Shown: positions 17,980 to 26,743, counted from the stretch's first letter. The stretch: DNA of 38,415 nucleotides from an uncultured Christensenella sp. (GCA_964405705.1 CAYOOZ010000002.1:1-38415); one strand, 5' to 3'. A program made the numbers and translations. The notes: generated by a model not told the origin, from the sequence alone.

Positions 17980-18009
17980 GCCCGGGAGGAGGTTCGCCTT
18001 CTCCCGGGC
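17980..18009 (+). terminator. Intra-operon stem-loop after the SBP gene (partial terminator / mRNA 3'-end stabiliser candidate)
   Basis: GCCCGGGAGGAGG-TTCG-CCTTCTCCCGGGC forms a 13-bp stem (one G-U pair) capped by a UUCG tetraloop, 20 nt after the SBP stop. Only a weak U tract (ATTTC) follows. Confidence 0.5.
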
Positions 18010-18067
18010 ATTTCAACAAGACCCGTGCTGTATACAGTCCAAAGCAGGCGGGGGAAGGGATTTCCGA

Positions 18068-19027
18068 GTGCTGAAGTACATCATCAAGCGTATCCTGCTC
18101 ATGCTGATGGTCACCCTGATCATCGTGTCGATGTGTTTTGTCTTGGTCAAGCTGTTGCCCACCAAACCGGCCCAGCAATTTGGCAAGGACATGCAACTCA
18201 TCGAAATGCGCAGGGAGGCCTTGGGCTATAACAAGCCCCTGCTGGAGCAATATCTCATCTTCCTGGAACGGTCTGTCATTGGGGGGGACTGGGGCATCTC
18301 CGAGTCCCTGTACTTTGGCCAGAACGTCTGGGACAAGTTTATTGAGAAAATGCCCGCGACCGTGGTGGTGAACACCTACACCATGATTTTCGCCGTCCCC
18401 CTGGGGCTGCTGTTTGGTATCTACGCGGCCTTGAAGAAAAACAAGTGGCAGGATCATGTGATCTCCACCAGCGTGATTATCTTTGTGTCCGTGCCCAGCT
18501 ATGTTTACGCGTTTTTGGTGCAATACTTCTTGTGCTTTAAGCTTAAATGGTTCCCCTTCCAGATGGAGCCGGGCAATGACCTGCTCTCCTTTAAAACCTT
18601 TGTATCCCTGGTGCCCGCCATCCTCTCCCTGGGATTTGGCATTGTGGCTGGGCTGACCCGCTATACCCGCGCGGAATTAACCGAGGTTTTAACCAGCGAG
18701 TTCCTGCTTTTGGCCCGGACCAAGGGCTTAACCCGCTCACAGACCACTGTGCGCCACGCGCTGCGCAACTCCATGGTGCCCATCTTCCCGATGATTCTGG
18801 GCGAGTTCATCGGCATCATCGGCGGCTCCCTCATCATTGAGCAGATTTTTGGCATACCGGGTGTCGGGCCTTTGTATGTCAGCTCCATCACGGCAGCCAC
18901 GCCCGATTACAACTTCTTCATGCTCCTGTCCGCTTTTTATACCATTGTTGGTTTAGCCAGCGGCATCATCATCGACTTGAGCTACGGGTTTGTGGACCCG
19001 AGAATCAGAATGGGGAGCAAAAAATAA
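18068..19027 (+). CDS. ABC transporter permease (OppB/DppB-like)
   Basis: 319-aa ORF with the typical MLKYIIKRIL N-terminus, six predicted TM segments and an EAA-type loop (TRAELTEVLTSEFLLLARTKGL). It has a GTG start preceded by GGGGGAAGGG. Confidence 0.9.
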   Translation: MLKYIIKRILLMLMVTLIIVSMCFVLVKLLPTKPAQQFGKDMQLIEMRREALGYNKPLLEQYLIFLERSVIGGDWGISESLYFGQNVWDKFIEKMPATVVVNTYTMIFAVPLGLLFGIYAALKKNKWQDHVISTSVIIFVSVPSYVYAFLVQYFLCFKLKWFPFQMEPGNDLLSFKTFVSLVPAILSLGFGIVAGLTRYTRAELTEVLTSEFLLLARTKGLTRSQTTVRHALRNSMVPIFPMILGEFIGIIGGSLIIEQIFGIPGVGPLYVSSITAATPDYNFFMLLSAFYTIVGLASGIIIDLSYGFVDPRIRMGSKK

Positions 19028-20559
19028 TGAGCGAAAGAAACAACCATCCGCACATCCCAAAGGAAAAATTCAATTTTGTGGATAATACGGACAGGCTTCA
19101 CGATAAGAAACTGGAAACCAAGCCCATTTCCTACTTTAAGGATGTGCTGCTGCGCTTTAGCCGCAACAAGGCCTCTGTCGCCGCGGCGGTCATCATTGTC
19201 ATCCTGATTCTCTACGCCGTTTTTGGGCCTATCATCGGCGCCAACCGCTATACAGAATCCTTAACAGATACCATGTACCTAAACTATGGCAAGCTGCCGC
19301 CCAAGAACACATACCTGGCCTTTTTGGGGCTGGACGGCCTGACCAAAGCCACCATGTCAGAGCCGGAATACCAGGCCCTTCGGGCCATTGGCGTTGAAAC
19401 CGGTTTAAACCCCATCGTTGAGATGTACAGGGAAAGCTATATTGACCCCACGGCCAATAAAAACGCCCGCTTTTATGATTTTAAACTGGACAATTACTAC
19501 CAGATGGGCATGTTCTACCAGACCCTGACCCCTGCCCAGTATGAGGATTTACAGGCCTGGCAGGACAAGACCGGCATCCAGGTCATCTATCCGGCCATCA
19601 CGGACGCCAAGCAGAACAACGCCAACATCTGGTACAAGGCCAACCCCAAGGGCGCGCCCATCCTGGACAAGGAGGGCAATTTCCAGCCCATCTACCGCAG
19701 CACAACGCCGGAAGACAAAAGCTACCACAGCATCAGGATCAAAGAGGACAACAATAAGGACAAGCCCTTGGCTTACGCCCGGGTGACCGGCACCAGCACC
19801 ACCAGAAGCTATGTGGTGCGGGTCAGCCGGTATAACTTCTTCACCTACCGCTACGGCTTTGAGCCGGCCTTCCCCTTTGGAACCACTGACCGCGGGCAGG
19901 ATATCTTTACCCGCCTGGCCGCTGGCGCGCGCTTTTCCTTTATCCTGGCCATTTCAGTATCCGTTGTGAACCTCTTTATCGGGGCTATCTACGGCGCGAT
20001 TGAAGGGTATTATGGCGGCACGATTGACCTGGTGATGGAGCGGATTTCCGACATCCTCTCGGGCATCCCCTTTATTGTCGCCACCACCTTGTTCCAATTG
20101 CACTTGGCCAAGCAGGTGGGCGTGGTGGGCGCCTTGTTCTTCGCGTTTATATTGACCGGGTGGATTGGCATGGCCTCCCGGGTGCGCATGCAGTTTTACC
20201 GTTTCAAGGGGCAGGAGTATATCCTGGCTGCCCGCACGCTGGGCGCCAATGACAAGCGGCTGATGTTTAAGCACATCTTCCCCAACTCCATGGGCACAAT
20301 TATCACTGGGTCAGTTTTGGTCATTCCCAGCGTCATCTTCTCGGAATCCTCCATGACCTACCTGGGCATTATCAACCTGGAGTCCTCCACCATGACCAGC
20401 GTGGGCACCATGCTGGCCAACGGCAAAAACTATTTATCCACCTATCCCTTTATTATCTTTTTCCCCTCGCTGTTTATCTCCCTCTTGATGATTTCCTTTA
20501 ACCTGTTTGGCAATGGCCTGAGGGACGCCTTTAATCCTTCGCTGCGGGGGGTGGAGTAA
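19027..20559 (+). CDS. ABC transporter permease (OppC/DppC-like) with enlarged first extracytoplasmic loop
   Basis: 510-aa ORF. TM1 lies at about aa 49-71, and the conserved GTTDRGQDIFTRL motif appears only at aa ~285. The C-terminal half is a canonical BPD-transport permease (ARTLGANDKRLMFKHIFPN). Its start overlaps the upstream stop as TAATG. Confidence 0.9.
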   Translation: MSERNNHPHIPKEKFNFVDNTDRLHDKKLETKPISYFKDVLLRFSRNKASVAAAVIIVILILYAVFGPIIGANRYTESLTDTMYLNYGKLPPKNTYLAFLGLDGLTKATMSEPEYQALRAIGVETGLNPIVEMYRESYIDPTANKNARFYDFKLDNYYQMGMFYQTLTPAQYEDLQAWQDKTGIQVIYPAITDAKQNNANIWYKANPKGAPILDKEGNFQPIYRSTTPEDKSYHSIRIKEDNNKDKPLAYARVTGTSTTRSYVVRVSRYNFFTYRYGFEPAFPFGTTDRGQDIFTRLAAGARFSFILAISVSVVNLFIGAIYGAIEGYYGGTIDLVMERISDILSGIPFIVATTLFQLHLAKQVGVVGALFFAFILTGWIGMASRVRMQFYRFKGQEYILAARTLGANDKRLMFKHIFPNSMGTIITGSVLVIPSVIFSESSMTYLGIINLESSTMTSVGTMLANGKNYLSTYPFIIFFPSLFISLLMISFNLFGNGLRDAFNPSLRGVE

Positions 20560-20562
20560 GCA

Positions 20563-22707
20563 ATGAAAAATTTAGTGGTCAACAACCTCCGCATTTCCTT
20601 CCGCACGGTGAACGGCAAATTGCAGGCCGTGCGCGATGTCTCCTTCCACCTGGAAAAGGGCGAAACCCTGGCCATTGTGGGGGAGTCCGGCTCCGGCAAG
20701 TCCGTCACCTGCAAGGCCATCCTGGGCATTTTAGCCGGCAACGCCATCATTGAGGGCGGTGAAATGCTCTATGACGGGCAGGATTTATTAAAGATTGAGG
20801 AAGAGGACTTCCACAAGCTGCGCGGGGACAAAATCTCCATGATTTTCCAGGACCCGCTCTCCAGCCTCAACCCCATCATGCGCATTGGCAAGCAATTAAC
20901 CGAGGCCATGCTCTTAAAGGGCACGGCGCGCCAGAAGGCCAGCCGGAAGAACTTTGACGACAAGATGGCCCTTTTGCAAAAATACATGCTGGAAGCCGAG
21001 CCTGAGAAGGCCGAGGAAAGCAAGCAGATTCTTTCTGATTATAAGCAGACCGTTATGCAGTTCATCAACCGGGAACGCTCCTTAAACAAGGCGCAGGAGG
21101 CCGTCAAAGGCGCTTTGGAAGAAATTAATGACCTGCTCTTTCACATTGATAAAAACGCGCTGAAAAAGCCACAGGGCCAGGTCAAGGAATTACAGCGCCT
21201 CATCAATGACGCGCAGGATGACTACGTCCTCTCCAAGGCGGAGGATCACCTGCTCCAGATCGCCAAGGGCCTGCACCATAACCTCAAGGCCCAGGAAAAG
21301 AGAGAGGACTATGGCGAGCTGCACAGCAAGCTGGGCCAATTGCGGGAAGGCGTCCTTTTGATCCTGGAAAAACCCCTGCCCTCCCTCCTGCCCATGGCCT
21401 ACTACAACCACCGCAACAAGGGCGAGGAGCTCAAGGGCAGCGTTTTGGAAAACAACGCGCGCTATGAGGAGTTTTATGAGCAGGAGTTTTCCCTGCGCTT
21501 TGTGGACAAGGTGCAGACCGCCATCTCCTACACGGATAAGAACCATGTTCTCCTAAGGGAAGAGGCCATCAAGGCCCTGGAAGAGGGCCTTCACACCTTA
21601 AACACCGGCGGGGTGGCAGCCTTTCATGGGATTGCGAACAAAATCTATGAAAAGGTAGATGCCTCCATTGAGCCCATCACTGTGGTCAAGGATTCCGCGG
21701 CCTGGACCTTCTCAGGCGCTGTCAAGTCCTTCCTGAAGATGTATGAGGACGGGCAAAAGAACAACGAAAAGCGCGTGAAGGAATTTGAAAAGAAACAGGC
21801 CCGGCATGACCGCCTGGTGGAAAAGGGCCGTGACCCTGGGTTTAAGGTCATCCCTCCCGCTGTGGTGGACCTGCCCTTGACACAGGACAGCATTGCAAGG
21901 CTGATGAGCAACCTGGCCAACAAGTATAAGGCCATGAATGAGCAGGAGCCCCATGAGAACAAGCGGGAGAAGGCTGAACAGCTCCTGGCTTACTTAAATG
22001 AGAGCGCTGCTGGCATCGTCAACAAGGTAACCAAGTACGCGGCCAAGGCCAAGGCCATCAAGCTGATGGAGGAGGTGGGCATCCCTGAGCCCCGCCGCCG
22101 CTACCGGCAATACCCCTTTGAGTTTTCAGGCGGCATGCGCCAGCGCATCGTGATTGCCATCGCCCTGGCCGCTGACCCGGACATCCTGATTTGCGATGAG
22201 CCCACAACGGCGCTGGACGTTACCATTCAGGCGCAGATTCTGGAGCTCATCAACAAGTTAAAGCGGGAGCGCAACCTCTCCATCATCTTTATCACCCATG
22301 ACCTGGGCGTGGTGGCCAACATGGCTGACCGCATCGCTGTGATGTACGCGGGCAAGATTGTGGAACAGGGCACAGCGGAAGAGGTCTTCTACTCCCCTGC
22401 CCACCCCTACACCTGGGCCCTGCTCTCCTCCATGCCGGATTTGGAAACCAAGGAAAAACTGGAAGCCATCCCCGGCACACCCCCCAACATGATTTATCCG
22501 CCCAAGGGCGACGCTTTTGCTGATCGGAACCGCTTCGCGCTTGAGATTGACTTTGAAATGGAACCGCCAATGTTTGAACTAAGCCCCACGCACAAAGCCG
22601 CGACCTGGCTCCTGCACAAGGACGCGCCAAAAGTGAACCCACCAGAGGTGGTCACAGAGCGCATCGCCAAAATGAAAGCGAGAGCGGAGGGAGCTGCCCA
22701 TGCCTGA
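20563..22707 (+). CDS. ABC transporter ATP-binding protein (OppD-like) with a ~360-aa insertion in the helical subdomain
   Basis: 714-aa ORF. Motifs: Walker [10 protein letters not shown]-loop MIFQDP (aa ~93-98), signature FSGGMRQR (aa ~521), Walker [13 protein letters not shown], and H-loop ITHDLG. It also has the oligopeptide-type C-terminal domain ([12 protein letters not shown]). Confidence 0.9.
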   Translation: MKNLVVNNLRISFRTVNGKLQAVRDVSFHLEKGETLAIVGESGSGKSVTCKAILGILAGNAIIEGGEMLYDGQDLLKIEEEDFHKLRGDKISMIFQDPLSSLNPIMRIGKQLTEAMLLKGTARQKASRKNFDDKMALLQKYMLEAEPEKAEESKQILSDYKQTVMQFINRERSLNKAQEAVKGALEEINDLLFHIDKNALKKPQGQVKELQRLINDAQDDYVLSKAEDHLLQIAKGLHHNLKAQEKREDYGELHSKLGQLREGVLLILEKPLPSLLPMAYYNHRNKGEELKGSVLENNARYEEFYEQEFSLRFVDKVQTAISYTDKNHVLLREEAIKALEEGLHTLNTGGVAAFHGIANKIYEKVDASIEPITVVKDSAAWTFSGAVKSFLKMYEDGQKNNEKRVKEFEKKQARHDRLVEKGRDPGFKVIPPAVVDLPLTQDSIARLMSNLANKYKAMNEQEPHENKREKAEQLLAYLNESAAGIVNKVTKYAAKAKAIKLMEEVGIPEPRRRYRQYPFEFSGGMRQRIVIAIALAADPDILICDEPTTALDVTIQAQILELINKLKRERNLSIIFITHDLGVVANMADRIAVMYAGKIVEQGTAEEVFYSPAHPYTWALLSSMPDLETKEKLEAIPGTPPNMIYPPKGDAFADRNRFALEIDFEMEPPMFELSPTHKAATWLLHKDAPKVNPPEVVTERIAKMKARAEGAAHA

Positions 22708-23884
22708 ATTTGACAACACCCTGCTAAAGGTTGAAAACCTCTGCCAGTACTTTAAGGAAACCAAGGCCGTTGATGAAATCAGCTTTGACATCAAAAAGGG
22801 AGAGGTCTTTGGCCTGGTCGGAGAATCCGGCTGCGGCAAGACGACCACTGGGCGCTCCATCATCAAGCTGTATGACATCACCTCCGGCAGCATTTACTTT
22901 AAGGGCAAGCGCATTGCCGCTGGCAACCTGTCCTATAAAAAGGCGATCCGCCAGGCGCGCCGGGAGATGAAAGGCGCGGACAGCGCCAAAAAGGAAGAGC
23001 TGAGGGCCTTTATCGCACAGCAGCAGGAGGAAATCCGCAAGGCCAAGCATGACCACTTTGGCAGCGACAAGGAGCACGCGCAGCTCATGGTCCAGGAGGT
23101 GGAGGCGCGCTATGCCCCACTCTTAAACAACGCGAAGGACGATAAAGAGCGCAAGGAAATCCAGAAGAAGCTTCATTATGACCGCAACATCGCCAAAAAG
23201 CAGCGGTTTACCACCCAGATTCAGATGATTTTCCAGGACCCCATTGCCTCTTTGGACCCGCGGATGACAGTGTATGAGACCATCGCTGAGGGCCTGGTGA
23301 TCCGTGGGGAAAAGGACAAGGCCATCATTGATGAGAAGGTCTTCCGGGTGCTGGAGATGGTGGGCCTGGTGCGCGAGCACGCCAGCCGCTACCCGCATGA
23401 GTTCTCCGGCGGCCAGCGCCAGAGAATTGGCGTGGCAAGGGCCATTATCATGGAGCCGGAGCTGATCATCGCGGATGAGCCGGTGAGCGCCCTGGACGTA
23501 TCCATCCAGGCCCAGGTCATCAACCTGATGAACGACCTGCGCCATTCCCTGGGGCTAACCATCCTCTTTATCGCCCATGACCTGTCCGTTATCAAGTATT
23601 TCTCTGACCGAATCGGCGTGATGTACTTTGGCAAGTTAGTAGAATTGGCCACCGCGGATGAATTATTCCAAAACCCGCTGCACGCCTACACCCAGTCCCT
23701 TCTCTCCGCCATTCCCCTGCCAGACCCCCTGTATGAGAAGGACCGCAAGCGCATCAAGTATGACCCCCTGGTGTCCCATGATTATTCAAAGGACAGGCCC
23801 AGCTTCCAGGAAATCAGCCCTGGGCACTTTGTGTACTGCAATGAGGTTGAAAAGCAGCAATACAAGGCCCAGTTGAACAAATAA
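22700..23884 (+). CDS. ABC transporter ATP-binding protein (OppF-like) with a ~85-aa charged insertion before the Q-loop
   Basis: 394-aa ORF. Motifs: Walker [11 protein letters not shown]-loop MIFQDP (aa ~176-181), signature FSGGQRQR, Walker [13 protein letters not shown], and H-loop IAHDLS. It has the C-terminal oligopeptide-type domain ([12 protein letters not shown]). It overlaps the upstream gene by 8 nt. Confidence 0.9.
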   Translation: MPEFDNTLLKVENLCQYFKETKAVDEISFDIKKGEVFGLVGESGCGKTTTGRSIIKLYDITSGSIYFKGKRIAAGNLSYKKAIRQARREMKGADSAKKEELRAFIAQQQEEIRKAKHDHFGSDKEHAQLMVQEVEARYAPLLNNAKDDKERKEIQKKLHYDRNIAKKQRFTTQIQMIFQDPIASLDPRMTVYETIAEGLVIRGEKDKAIIDEKVFRVLEMVGLVREHASRYPHEFSGGQRQRIGVARAIIMEPELIIADEPVSALDVSIQAQVINLMNDLRHSLGLTILFIAHDLSVIKYFSDRIGVMYFGKLVELATADELFQNPLHAYTQSLLSAIPLPDPLYEKDRKRIKYDPLVSHDYSKDRPSFQEISPGHFVYCNEVEKQQYKAQLNK

Positions 23885-23890
23885 ATCAAG

Positions 23891-23914
23891 GCCCCGCTTT
23901 GGCGGGGCTTTTTT
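23891..23914 (+). terminator. Rho-independent terminator of the ABC operon
   Basis: GCCCCGC-TTTG-GCGGGGC followed by TTTTTT, starting 7 nt after the OppF-like stop. Confidence 0.8.
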
Positions 23915-23924
23915 GGAGGAAGGC

Positions 23925-24383
23925 ATGGCCGATCAGAACATCAAAGCAAATCCCTGGGGGGAGGAAGAAAAAAAGCCCAAAAAATGGACCACGAAAAGGG
24001 TGCTCCTCTACCTGGGCCTGTTCGCCCTTTTCCTCCTGATTTCTTACTTTGTAGCGCAAGGCCAGGGGTTAAGGCCCGGGATCCCAATGAAAACCAATGC
24101 CCGCCACCTCAGCGACGGCTTTTTCGTGGTCGGGCTGTTTGTGACTGGCGTTGGCCTTTTAACCATGGTCTCCAGCACGGGGTTTTTTGATATTTTCAGC
24201 TATGCCTTCAAAAGCTTCCTGGTGCTGTTCACACCCTTTGTGAAGCCCGAAAACTTCCCCAAGTTTTATGACTACAAGATGGACAAGTCCAAGAAGCGCA
24301 AGAAGCCGGAGATGACCCTGCTGCTCATGGGCATTGCCTTGCTCATCTTGTCCGCCCTGGCCCTGTGGGTTTACCGCGCGTAA
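23925..24383 (+). CDS. Small membrane protein, DUF3899-like
   Basis: The ORF track starts at TTG 23913, which lies inside the terminator T-run. The ATG at 23925 is preceded by GGAGGAAGG and is the better start. The protein has predicted TM helices and the segment GFFDIFSYAFKSF, which resembles DUF3899 proteins as I remember them. Confidence 0.65.
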   Translation: MADQNIKANPWGEEEKKPKKWTTKRVLLYLGLFALFLLISYFVAQGQGLRPGIPMKTNARHLSDGFFVVGLFVTGVGLLTMVSSTGFFDIFSYAFKSFLVLFTPFVKPENFPKFYDYKMDKSKKRKKPEMTLLLMGIALLILSALALWVYRA

Positions 24384-24384
24384 G

Positions 24385-24927
24385 TCAAAGCGCGATAAAA
24401 GCCCTGAAGCCCCGGGCCGCGTAATAGGATTCCACCCCGTTGTAGTACAGGAACACCTGGCCGTAGTGCCGGTTCATAAAATAACCGCCGCCAAGCTTTC
24501 GTACCTCCTGCGGGGTTGTGACCCAGGAGGAGGTTTTGTTATCCAGGGGCATAAGGGATTGCAAGGCACGGTACTGCGCCTCTGAGAGCACTTTTACCCC
24601 CTTTTCCTCCGCCAAGCCCAAGGCGCTGTGCCAGGGCTTGTTTTCTTTTCTCTTTTCAAGGGCCAGGGCGTCATAGCAGACGCTGCGCCGGCCAGATGGG
24701 CTCTCCGGTGAGCAGTCCACATAGACAAGGCCCTCACCAAAAGCGGGGTGCACAAGGGCGTCCACCTCACCGCCCGTTTCCTCCATCCACAGGAGGGCTG
24801 CCTGCGCCTTCTCATTGGCTTTGAGCTGCTTTTCAACATCCGCCCAATCAAGCCCTTGATGCCGCTCCATATTCTCCAAAAAGCGCTGCCTGAGCACCGG
24901 GAGCAGCGCGTCAAAATCCTTGCTCAT
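24385..24927 (-). CDS. DUF4256 domain protein
   Basis: The ATG at 24927 is preceded by AAAGGAG. The 180-aa product (MSKDFDALLP...METGGEVDAL...DCSPESPSGRRSVCYD...DNKTSSWVTTP...GVESYYAARGFR) matches the DUF4256 pattern as I remember it. The longer 269-aa ORF in the track runs through a terminator and into the next gene, and I reject it. Confidence 0.75.
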   Translation of the reverse strand: MSKDFDALLPVLRQRFLENMERHQGLDWADVEKQLKANEKAQAALLWMEETGGEVDALVHPAFGEGLVYVDCSPESPSGRRSVCYDALALEKRKENKPWHSALGLAEEKGVKVLSEAQYRALQSLMPLDNKTSSWVTTPQEVRKLGGGYFMNRHYGQVFLYYNGVESYYAARGFRAFIAL

Positions 24928-24969
24928 CTTTTTCTCCTTTTTGATGATGTCAGCAGAGTATACCCAAAG

Positions 24970-24993
24970 AAAAAGCCCCGCGCATGGCGGGGC
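24970..24993 (-). terminator. Rho-independent terminator after gloA
   Basis: The minus strand reads GCCCCGC-CATGC-GCGGGGC followed by TTTTT, 8 nt after the gloA stop. Confidence 0.75.
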
Positions 24994-25000
24994 TTTGAAG

Positions 25001-25381
25001 TCAGCGCTTTTCCGGCACGATTTCAATCCAGTAGCCATCCGGGTCCGCGATGAAGTACAGACCCATCTTGGTGTTGTCATAGACGATGACACCCATGTCC
25101 TTGTGCTTTTGGTAGGCAGCCTCATAGTCATTGACACGGAAGCACAGGTGGAACTCGTTGTCACCCAGGTTGTAGCTGGGCTTATCCCAATCACGAAGCC
25201 AGGTTAATTCCAATTGGTGGGAAGTCTGCCCGTCGCCTAAGAAGACCAGGGTGAAGCTTTCCGCCTCCTTGCGGCGCATCTCAATCAGTCCCAGGGCCTC
25301 CTTGTAAAAGGCTAGGGATTTTTCCAGGTTGATTACGTTGAAGTTATTGTGGGCAAAGGTGAAGCGCAAATCATGTGGCAT
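25001..25381 (-). CDS. gloA: Glyoxalase I / VOC-family lactoylglutathione lyase-like protein
   Basis: 126-aa ORF with two beta-alpha-beta-beta-beta modules. Candidate metal ligands sit at the GloA positions (FAHNNF, QLELTW, FHLCF, WIEIV), and the overall pattern resembles E. coli GloA. Confidence 0.7.
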   Translation of the reverse strand: MPHDLRFTFAHNNFNVINLEKSLAFYKEALGLIEMRRKEAESFTLVFLGDGQTSHQLELTWLRDWDKPSYNLGDNEFHLCFRVNDYEAAYQKHKDMGVIVYDNTKMGLYFIADPDGYWIEIVPEKR

Positions 25382-25402
25382 GGTGATTCCTCCTGATTCA
25401 AT

Positions 25403-26743
25403 TTATTCCTGGGGTTCTTCATCGGGAAGGGCCAGTGGCTCCCCCTCCAGGGATTCTACCGCGCCCAAGCGCCTGGTGATGGAGCGGGTGCGGCGGTTGG
25501 CCAAATCAATGGACTCGCTGGCCTGGCGCAGGCGGTTTTGGGTCTTTTCCAGGATGTCGCCAAAGGCCATGAAATCGCCCTTAACCTGGGCCAATAGGCG
25601 CCAGACCTCAGCACTCCGCTGCTGGATGGCCAGGGTGCGAAAGCCCATCTGCAGGCTGTTGAGCAGGGCCAGAAGGGTGGTGGGCCCGGCCAGGGAGACG
25701 CGGAATTGACGCTGCAGTTTCTCCGCCAGGCCTGGCAGGCGAAGCACCTCCGCATACAGGCCTTCCACCGGCAAATAGAGAATCGCAAAATCGGTGGTGT
25801 AGGGCGGGACAACGTACTTGGATGCGATGCGCTCCCCCTCCCTTAAGACGGCGCGCTCAAGTGATGAGAGGGCCAAGTCCAAAAGCACCTTGTCCGCCGC
25901 CTCCTGGGCAGTCTGCAAACGCTCATAATCCTCCAGGGGGAACTTGGCGTCAATGGGCAGGTAGACGGGACGGCCATCCTCCTGCCCGGGCAGGCGCACC
26001 GCGAACTCCACCCGCTCAGCGCTGCCCGGAACCAGGGCGCAGTTAGTCTCATACTGGGCGGGGGAGAGCACCTCGTTTAAGAGCATGTGCAGCTGGGTTT
26101 CCCCCCAGGTGCCCCGGGTTTTGATGTTGGTGAGCACCTTTTTTAAGTCGCCCACGCCAGAAGCCAAGGTGCGCATCTCGCCCAGGCCCTTGTACACAGC
26201 CTCCAGCCGCTCATTGACCAGGGAAAAGCTTTCACCCAGGCGCTTGTTCAAGGTCTGGTGGAGGTGCTCATCCACGGTCTTGCGCATCTCTTCCAGCTTG
26301 GCCGCATTGTCCTTTTGCATTTGGGTAAGGGAGGAAAAGAGGGTCTCCCGCATCTCCCCCACCTTTTGATCGTTTGAGCCCAGGCGGGTGTTGAGGACCT
26401 CGTCCAAATGCTTAAGCCTGCTGTCCTGGTTTTGGAGGGAGGCATCCAGGCGTTGATCCAGGCGCTCAAAAAAAGCGTTGACCATGTTGTGCTGGAGCTG
26501 CAATTGGGCATAAAGGGAGGAGGACAGGGCATCCTGATGGGACTGCAACCGCAGCTCGCTGTCGCGCACCTGGCGGCCCAGATAGTCAGCCAGGTTTTCC
26601 TCCCCCTTGATATTGCGGAATTGGGCCTGGCTGTGCTTTTGAAACAGGCGCAGGAAAAAGATGATAACAATAAGAAGCAGTAAAAAAAGAAGCGAGAAAA
26701 GGACGATGTCCATGGGGCGCAGGCTGGAAACAAACTCAGCCAT
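25403..26743 (-). CDS. rmuC: DNA recombination protein RmuC
   Basis: 446-aa ORF with an N-terminal TM anchor (IVLFSLLFLLLLIVIIFF) and a long coiled-coil region. The C-terminal RmuC domain reads WGETQL...PIDAKFPLEDY...FAILYLPVEGLY. An alternative start at 26713 is possible. Confidence 0.9.
   Translation of the reverse strand: MAEFVSSLRPMDIVLFSLLFLLLLIVIIFFLRLFQKHSQAQFRNIKGEENLADYLGRQVRDSELRLQSHQDALSSSLYAQLQLQHNMVNAFFERLDQRLDASLQNQDSRLKHLDEVLNTRLGSNDQKVGEMRETLFSSLTQMQKDNAAKLEEMRKTVDEHLHQTLNKRLGESFSLVNERLEAVYKGLGEMRTLASGVGDLKKVLTNIKTRGTWGETQLHMLLNEVLSPAQYETNCALVPGSAERVEFAVRLPGQEDGRPVYLPIDAKFPLEDYERLQTAQEAADKVLLDLALSSLERAVLREGERIASKYVVPPYTTDFAILYLPVEGLYAEVLRLPGLAEKLQRQFRVSLAGPTTLLALLNSLQMGFRTLAIQQRSAEVWRLLAQVKGDFMAFGDILEKTQNRLRQASESIDLANRRTRSITRRLGAVESLEGEPLALPDEEPQE

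Noticed and set aside
24385-25194. A 269-aa ORF-track version of the DUF4256 gene. Similar 5'-extended versions exist for ybaB (to 28339), ferredoxin (to 30882), the YycJ-like MBL gene (from 30947), holA (from 35525), rsmG (from 36642) and the TrmH-family gene (to 38233).
   Set aside because: The extensions run through terminator hairpins, promoters or neighbouring genes. They encode low-complexity sequence, and they ignore internal ATG codons that have good AGGAGG-type RBSs and family-typical N-termini.
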